A DNA stretch of 63,437 bases, the filler included, from Licmophora abbreviata (taxonomy: Eukaryota), in assembly GCA_900291995.1 (NCBI GenBank). It is 14 parts of 14 records of this genome, joined end to end, with 100 filler letters (N's around TTAATTAATTAA, not from the genome) between each part and the next. Parts side by side here need not be neighbours in the genome. Positions count along the whole stretch, not along the records: positions 52,165 to 57,008 come from OLMU01001717.1; positions 57,109 to 59,644 come from OLMU01001718.1; positions 59,745 to 61,858 come from OLMU01001719.1; positions 61,959 to 63,437 come from OLMU01001720.1; 10 more parts are not named here. One strand, given 5' to 3'. Shown piece by piece: positions 56,565 to 63,437 of the stretch. The notes beneath the pieces are model-generated. The model ran no database searches. It was not told the DNA's origin and was given only the letters and a program-made list of their open reading frames with translations. Position numbers and translations under genes: made by a program. The stretch's first letter is position 1; every line of letters starts with the position of its first letter.

Positions 56565-56951
56565 AAGAGGTTTGCCGTTAGCGCGTGTATGTAAGGAATG
56601 AGGGAGAGAGAGAGAGATTGCGCAGAAGAGATTTACGGTCCAAACATGTCTGATGCGCGCACTTTAGCCGATATCATAACTTGTACATTGCAGTTTCTTA
56701 ATCTTACATCATACTAATCCCTCGCACCTTGAAGACCAATAGAACGTTGGGGGCGCATCAAAGGGTGGAGTGCCCGCTATATCTGCGTTCGTCCATTCAA
56801 TACGGATACGCACGACCCTGGTGATGACGACAAGAGCATGAGCGGACGACGGACAGCACATTGTGATGCCTGATGACTGATGACGACACGCGAGAGATGC
56901 CGTGAGATGTGATGTGCTGACACTTTTTCATCACACACCCGCCATTACACC

Positions 56952-57685
56952 ATGATGAGCCGACTGCTCGTTCTCGTTTGTTTCTTTTTGCACCTGTCGC
57001 TGTGTTATNNNNNNNNNNNNNNNNNNNNNNNNNNNNNNNNNNNNNNNNNNNNTTAATTAATTAANNNNNNNNNNNNNNNNNNNNNNNNNNNNNNNNNNNN
57101 NNNNNNNNAGCCTCTTCCTTCCTTCTGCTCCCCCAGTACCCGGCAAACGCAAAATGTACAGACATTGATAGCTGCCGTGAGGTGGGTGAGCGCAAAGACC
57201 AAGCGAGACTCGATGCCAATCCGATCATCCGACTGGGTGATGATGGCCTCGTCTACAAGGTCTTGAGAGCTGGAGTTGGCGATGATACTGTGTCAAGCGG
57301 TGCCAAAGTAAACCTCATTTTTAGCGTCTCGCAGGCCAACGGGTCGTACATGTACTCGCGTGGCTTTGGGTACAACAAGATAGATGTCGGAGATAGTAAA
57401 GTGAGCGATTTGGGACTGGACTCTTTGATGGCGACTATGGGAAAGAAGGACATGCCCGTGGGAGTGCAAACGGCCATGATGGGCATGAAGAGAGGAGAAC
57501 GACGGCGAATTGAGTGCCCACCCTCTGTAGGCTTCGAGACAAGCGATTGGAATCCGGAACCGACGTCCTTCCGGGGGCGTCAACAAATCAAAGACTACAA
57601 GAGTCGCCTGTACGGTCGCGGAAGCACCCAGCCGCCCTTTCCGGCCCCGACTATCTGGGACGTGGAGGTATTGAGCATACGGTAG
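56952..57685 (+). CDS. FKBP-type peptidyl-prolyl isomerase, plastid/thylakoid lumen type; spans a gap
   Basis: Signal peptide MMSRLLVLVCFFLHLSLC. GLVYKVLRAGVG, GVQTAMMGMKRGERRRIECPPSVGF, TIWDVEVLSI. Confidence 0.85.
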
Positions 57686-57737
57686 ACTACGTCAAAAACT
57701 TACGCTAGAAAATTGAATTAAACCACAAAATCGTCCC

Positions 57738-59531
57738 TTACGCACGATGCGCCTTGTTGTAGACACGTCGTGACATGAACTGTAGCACCAAGCTTGATGC
57801 CACGCAAGACAATGCCAAAACGGCGACTGTCAGATGAGTCATTCGAAAGCACGAGGGCCCAAAACAGGACAGACCATCACCCACATCCGTCTCTACATGT
57901 GCCTCGTACACGTTACCAGCCACATAAGTGGACAAGAAAATCGTACCAATTGCTTTGGTGAAGCCATCGTAGAACATATAGTTGGCACCGTGATTCTCGA
58001 GTCCAAAGATATCCCCGACGATGAGAACCATCAGCGGCCAAGCCATACCAAACGCGATGCCTGATATAGTACAACCGATCACAAAGGCCACCTCGGTGGT
58101 AGAGAATACCAGCATGACGTGCGCCACCACAGCAATAGAAGAAGCTACCACCAGAAAGAAGGGCCTCGGCACTCCGTAGTTGACGCAGCAGTTTCGTACG
58201 TTCCAATGAAGTGCCGCCTCAGAGACAACGCCGGTGACGATGCGAGCCCCAGCTTGTGCCACGGAAAAGATGGCGAGCGTCGCAGGCGTCAAAGAGTCAG
58301 CGAAGCCCAATGCCTCGACCATTTCTCCCATATTGTTGGTCTTGTAGGTACCAGAGCCGACCAAGATTGTGGTCGTCCATAGCATGAGCCAAGCAGACGG
58401 AGTCCGAAGCATTTGCGTTAGATTCAATTCGACGCGGTCGTGCTCTTCCAAAAGAGCGGGGTCGGCTAGCGGTGGAGAGTCATGCTGATAGGTATTGCTA
58501 ATCAAGGCTTTGTTTTCGTCATTGGTTTGGGTTTCCTCATCGTCAAGAGCCATTGCATTCATGGCATCGAACGACCGCGATTCAGGGAGTTTGCCTCGTT
58601 CGCTGAAGGGCTCGGGGTCCTCAAGATTGCGAGGCAAGTAGAGAACTGAGATGATGGGCCCAAGCCATAGGAGGATAATCATGGTAACCTTGTTGTAATC
58701 TCGCGTCGTATGACTCAAGGCGGATGGATCGTCTTGATCGATAATGTCGGTAATGGCACTTGCAACAATGACAGTAGCCAAGATAAACAAGGAAACAAAG
58801 AGAGTTCGAAAGTGCAGGGGCGTCGTTTCAATCAGAATCAGATCCGGAGACGTCTGAGCTTTGGTTGGAAGCAGCAGGTACGCGGGGAGTGCGGCACAGA
58901 GGATGAAAAAGAAGGCAATGACGGGCAAAAAGTCCAAGGCAGACTCATGCGTGGTACGTAGCGCTTGAAAAATGGTCGCATAGACTCCAGCTCCTAGTCC
59001 GACAAAGCCCTTGGCTACACCCACGGCCGAGCCTCTCGTCCCAGGGCCGCCGCACAAGAGCGTCAGCTTGAAAATACTCCCAATGATCAATCCGCAACTG
59101 AGACATATACAAACTGCCAGCAAACTCAATACCACCACAACATGCGACCCTACAGTGATAAACTGTCTCGCAATAGTCCAGTAGAGCAACACAAATGTGG
59201 CCCCTGCTACGCCGCCAAGACACATACTGACACGCATGCCAAATCGGTCTACTACCAATCCTGGCATCCAGCTGAACAGTCCCGCAATGAAAAAGGTCGC
59301 ACTGATTGCATCCAGCTGCAATTGAGAGAGATTGAGTGACTTCTTGAGCGCATCGCCGTAAATTCCAAAGGCGTAAATGGTGCCGCCCGTTGTGACGGAT
59401 GCCGAAAAGGCACACACCAAACTCGGAACATTGGAGAGTCGTTGCAACGGCGGTTCGTCAACAGCAGTAGGCCCCGTAATCTTGTCAAAGTAGACGACAG
59501 GCGCTGTCGTCGACGTCGATGTGTTACTCAT
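57738..59531 (-). CDS. MFS transporter, nodulin-like/NFD4/Mch1 type
   Basis: About 12 TM segments. GTIYAFGIYGDALKKSLNLSQ, GLVVDRFG, RGSAVGVAKGFVGLGAG, IVGDIFGLENHGANY. Confidence 0.9.
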   Translation of the reverse strand: MSNTSTSTTAPVVYFDKITGPTAVDEPPLQRLSNVPSLVCAFSASVTTGGTIYAFGIYGDALKKSLNLSQLQLDAISATFFIAGLFSWMPGLVVDRFGMRVSMCLGGVAGATFVLLYWTIARQFITVGSHVVVVLSLLAVCICLSCGLIIGSIFKLTLLCGGPGTRGSAVGVAKGFVGLGAGVYATIFQALRTTHESALDFLPVIAFFFILCAALPAYLLLPTKAQTSPDLILIETTPLHFRTLFVSLFILATVIVASAITDIIDQDDPSALSHTTRDYNKVTMIILLWLGPIISVLYLPRNLEDPEPFSERGKLPESRSFDAMNAMALDDEETQTNDENKALISNTYQHDSPPLADPALLEEHDRVELNLTQMLRTPSAWLMLWTTTILVGSGTYKTNNMGEMVEALGFADSLTPATLAIFSVAQAGARIVTGVVSEAALHWNVRNCCVNYGVPRPFFLVVASSIAVVAHVMLVFSTTEVAFVIGCTISGIAFGMAWPLMVLIVGDIFGLENHGANYMFYDGFTKAIGTIFLSTYVAGNVYEAHVETDVGDGLSCFGPSCFRMTHLTVAVLALSCVASSLVLQFMSRRVYNKAHRA

Positions 59532-59847
59532 TTTGCTGCACGGGTGGTATAGTCTGGCGGTGGTGATGTCTCTCCGATCAAAAGTAAGTGCCGATGCCGA
59601 AGTGATGATGGGATCACAAACTTCTCGCGGCGAAAAGCGCGGCANNNNNNNNNNNNNNNNNNNNNNNNNNNNNNNNNNNNNNNNNNNNTTAATTAATTAA
59701 NNNNNNNNNNNNNNNNNNNNNNNNNNNNNNNNNNNNNNNNNNNNGCAAGTTGATAATGATGTGCTGAGACTGAACAGACCGCGGCATCCCACCAGCAACC
59801 GTGTTTCGACAAGAAGGAGTAGCATCACTGCCGATGGAGATCAAAGG

Positions 59848-61285
59848 ATGTCTCATTTTTCAGATACTAGTCAAAAGATAGTCTTGGTCATTGGATCTTG
59901 TGGGCTGGATCGGCTGTTGACTGTCCCAAAATTTCCCACAGCGGATTCCAAGATTCGGACCACATCCTACAACGAAATGGGTGGGGGCAATGCTTCTAAC
60001 ACAGCCGCTGCAATCGGACTGCTCTGCACTGCGTCATTCCTATCTCACGCAAATTTGTCGGTCAAGCTATTGACCAAGGTGGGGGATGACACTATGGGAC
60101 GGCAGCTGACGGACGAATTGGACTCATCGGGTGTGGACGTATCGTCACCGTTGTTTCGAGTAGGACATCGGGGCAGTACCACTTCGTTTACGTCCATTAT
60201 TGTGAGTGAACAGGAGAACACACGAACGTGTTTGCATACTCCAGGCACTTGTGGAGAACTCACCGCGACGGACGTTGAGGAGGCAAATATGGACGAGCTC
60301 TTTTGGAATGTTGTGCACGTTCATTCCGATACGAGGCATACGGAAGCGTCATTGGTAGTAGTGCAGGAAGCAAGGAAACGAGGTATTTCAGTGTCGGTAG
60401 ATGCCGAAAAGGACCGAGACTCGCATTCTTTCGATCACTTGCTGGAAGCTGCCACCATGATTTTCATCAATAGCACGCAATTGCAAGACTATCTTGCGAG
60501 ACGGAACAAAGAGATGGAAGCGCATTATGAACGACATCCTCTTCCAGATCCCATAATACTCCCGGGAAGTAATATTCTCTTGACAGATCCTCTCTTGAAT
60601 ATCTATGCCAAAGCTGTGGAGCCAAGCTTTTACTTTCAACGATTCAGTTTGACCGAATGCGAAACCAAGGAAGTTATCAGTACTGGGTAAGCTACAAGTG
60701 TGGTTCTTTCAAGCTGAGGAGTCTACAGGCCCACACTGTACTTCTGACAATGAAACCCTTTGTTGATTTCTCGCTTTCAGAGGAGATATGGGCGCATTGC
60801 ATGTGACCTGTTCCAGTCGCACAACGGAAACAGACATGGAAGACGGCGATAACGATCCGTATCAAGAGATTGTAATCGACAAAAACGACGATGGAAGCAT
60901 CCGCGCGAATCAGATTGCCAATGAGCGAGCTTGGGCTGCCATCTATCAGGAGTCCAAGCTTTCTTATGAGATTCTTTCGGCCGGAGTGATTCCGAATGCG
61001 CATGTTGTAGATACGACGGGCGCAGGTGATGCGTTCATAGCGGGATATCTCGTGTCCTTGCTCGGGACAGACGAGAGATCAAGGAAAGTGTGTCAGCAAT
61101 GCCTTCAATTTGGAAGCTGGGTCGGGGGGTGTAAACTGAACGGGGCAGGTGCGAGGGCCGCACTGCCTCGTGGAATCGACGTGGACTCGAGGTTGGGTCG
61201 GACGTTCGATGAAGTCGGCGAAGCGTTAAGGGACGTGATCGGTCAGTACGGCGAATCCAGGCAGCAACTTGAGTCGCCTACATAA
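59848..61285 (+). CDS. PfkB/ribokinase-family carbohydrate kinase (ketohexokinase-like); intron 60687-60780
   Basis: GGGNASNTA, KVGDDTMG, TRTCLHTPG, SVDAEK, VDTTGAGDAFIAG. Confidence 0.9.
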
Positions 61286-62007
61286 GAGATGAGAATTTCC
61301 GTGTAGAAGACGAATGCGACAATCTGTACACAAGTGAATAACACATAGATCCATCCATCGAGGGTACGATAGCTAGTAGAGGAATGGCAACGATACAGGC
61401 TCACACAAGGCACTAGCTATAATAAAGCTCCAAGCGTGAGCTTCTCTAGGAGGAGATAGACATGTCACCATAAGGGTTACAGGCCACTCAATTTGTAAAT
61501 AGCAAAGTGTGGATTGTTCTAGGCTTCCATCTTGCTCCTTGTCTACCTATCGTAGTGCCACCCATCGACATGTCTTCAGTCGTCTGTCATCTGCTGCATC
61601 TTCATTGACATTGACAAGCGAATCAATCTACGATTTGGCCGATAGAGAAGCTCCGGATTCCCTCTGCATGGCGACCACAAAACCGCGAGCGGGTCGCGAA
61701 CTCTCGCGAAATGAAAAATATACTCGTAATGAGATCGCCGTCGCCATGTGCTGCGCCATCGCTATGCAACATCCGTTAAGTCACACGGCGTCGTCGAAGC
61801 TGCCTTGTCGCTGCCACCGTGCTTGTTTCAACCTATTCTGGTCTCCGGAAACATATTTNNNNNNNNNNNNNNNNNNNNNNNNNNNNNNNNNNNNNNNNNN
61901 NNTTAATTAATTAANNNNNNNNNNNNNNNNNNNNNNNNNNNNNNNNNNNNNNNNNNNNTTCAGGCCCTGTTGACTCTCTGTTATATTGACGAAAATTGAA
62001 CGTGAAA

Positions 62008-63437
62008 ATGTCAGGAAGAAGGCGCAACCTCGACCTTGAGGATTCCCTTGCCGCGCTGCAACAGCAGCAAGACGACAACTTAGCCGAAGATGACAATGCG
62101 GCCCCGGATATACAATCGGAGGTGGAAGAGAAAGAAGATCCGTTACTTCTAGCCGTGGATGACTTGGAAGGACGCGTCGTGTCAGCTCTGGACGATATCA
62201 AGATACACGCTGGAGTGCGATCGTCGCCCACCACGACGGTTCACGAAGAGCTGGCGACACTCTTGCGCCCTGTGTTGGAGGTGGCGGCGCATACGGGACC
62301 TTCCGTCGCACGAACATATTATTCGTCCATCATGGGCGCCGAAGGGGTTGAGGCGAGCTGCGAAGAAGTTTATCAGCGTTTGCTATCGGATCTTGTATTG
62401 CCAGTCATGCTGGAAATGGCCCAGTCGGATACGATACCGGCGAAACGGGCAGCTGCTCTCGAATTGTTTCACAACTTGTGGAAGGAGACTCACAAGGCAG
62501 GCAGTTGGTTAGACAAGACCACGACAGGACCGAATGCGGGCCCGTACGGTCCAGGAGGATCGTCCTCGTCAGGAGGTCATGGGCATGCCCCTGGAATGCG
62601 AGTTCTTCAGAAACGACGTCAAGTCAAGCGACTCGCACGGGAGGGTGAAATCTTGCGTTACTGGATCCAAGCGTCTATTGCCGCCACCGTACCAGGTGCG
62701 TTTACATCAGAGGAATCCGAGGGTGCGATTGCATCTCGCGGAGTGATTGCCGCATCGGCGTCTCTTCGACCGAGCCTGCGTCACATTTGTCATCGCATTC
62801 AAGATGCTGACGATCGCGGTGCCGCGAGATTGTACAGTCCAGTGATGAAAATGGTAGAGGGAGTACTTAAAAAACTCTTATTGAGCGCCCCATCAGAAAT
62901 GACGGGGACAGGAGATGGTCTCAGGAGTGCATGCATCAAGTTTCTCGAAATTGTCATCTTGTGTTGCTCAAGCAACGCTCAACTGGGTGGCGCCCCAAAT
63001 TTAGCGGCTCGAAGAAGGGGGCAAAGTAGTGTGAGTACCCATTGAACTTACCCGGTGTGTTGTTGGATTAGCTTTCCTGTGGACTAACGCGTGCCTTCGC
63101 TCTCCTCCTTACGCTGCAGACGGAAGATTTCTCGCTTGAGGACCTTCCTGCTGGTCACCCCGTCATTACCCGGGAGGCACTCGAGTCGATCGCCGAATAC
63201 GCCTTTACTGCACTCCGAGGTCTCACCCTCATGGGTGGACAAGTCAAAATTGAAGTAAATTTGCTCTCAGACATGATGCTTGGGAGCGATGCCGACGGCT
63301 CGCCTTCTGCCCAAGTTGTTTCTATAATCAAGCCCGCCGCTTTGGCGTTTCTGGAAATCGAGTCATCCGTCATGCAGGACGACGAGACGTCTCCAGAATT
63401 CAATATTGACCGTGGCAATGTTGACATGGATTTTGTT
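62008..63437 (+). CDS. Symplekin/Pta1-like HEAT-repeat protein, 5' part (intron 63031-63119; runs off window)
   Basis: LRSACIKFLEIVILCCS followed (after splicing) by EDFSLEDLPAGHPVITREALE resembles the symplekin N-terminal domain. Confidence 0.6.

Noticed and set aside
61300..61858. Intergenic ORF 61509-61910 or a hidden ncRNA
   Set aside because: Non-ATG start, no motifs, and no tRNA/snRNA hallmarks visible.
2741..61958. Recurrent TTAATTAATTAA palindrome as a repeat array or CRISPR-like element
   Set aside because: It is always centred in N44...N44 and is an artificial six-frame-stop contig spacer.

Overview
Gene-dense eukaryotic nuclear DNA, most likely from a diatom or related photosynthetic stramenopile. 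This is inferred from short GT-AG introns (about 70-225 nt), bipartite signal-plus-transit presequences, cyanobacterial-type plastid proteins and a CBS-tailed class-29-type myosin. The window is a stitched scaffold with 13 artificial 100-nt spacers (N44-TTAATTAATTAA-N44), at least three of which separate contigs that actually overlap. About 33 protein-coding genes were modelled by hand. They include two sulfotransferase-like proteins, CLPTM1, a PAS-PAS-HisKA-HATPase-REC-REC hybrid histidine kinase, a DMT transporter, an OS-9/ERLEC1 lectin, a stand-alone Lon-N protein, a GT25-like protein, MsrB, DUF3172, and a LYR-like/YccV x2/TPR protein. A 9-kb run of bacterial-type catabolic enzymes follows (M20D amidohydrolase, secreted thermonuclease-Ada, AmiE amidase, FMN reductase, SnoaL, prolyl oligopeptidase). 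The right half holds a PspA/VIPP1-like protein, a giant myosin, PRA1, Ski2, a desaturase-like protein, an FKBP, an MFS transporter, a PfkB kinase and a symplekin-like protein. Several genes are broken by 1-nt indels in homopolymers and one by an in-frame TAA; these are probably sequencing errors. No RNA gene, CRISPR array or transposon was recognised. All family calls come from motif recognition by eye, not from database searches.
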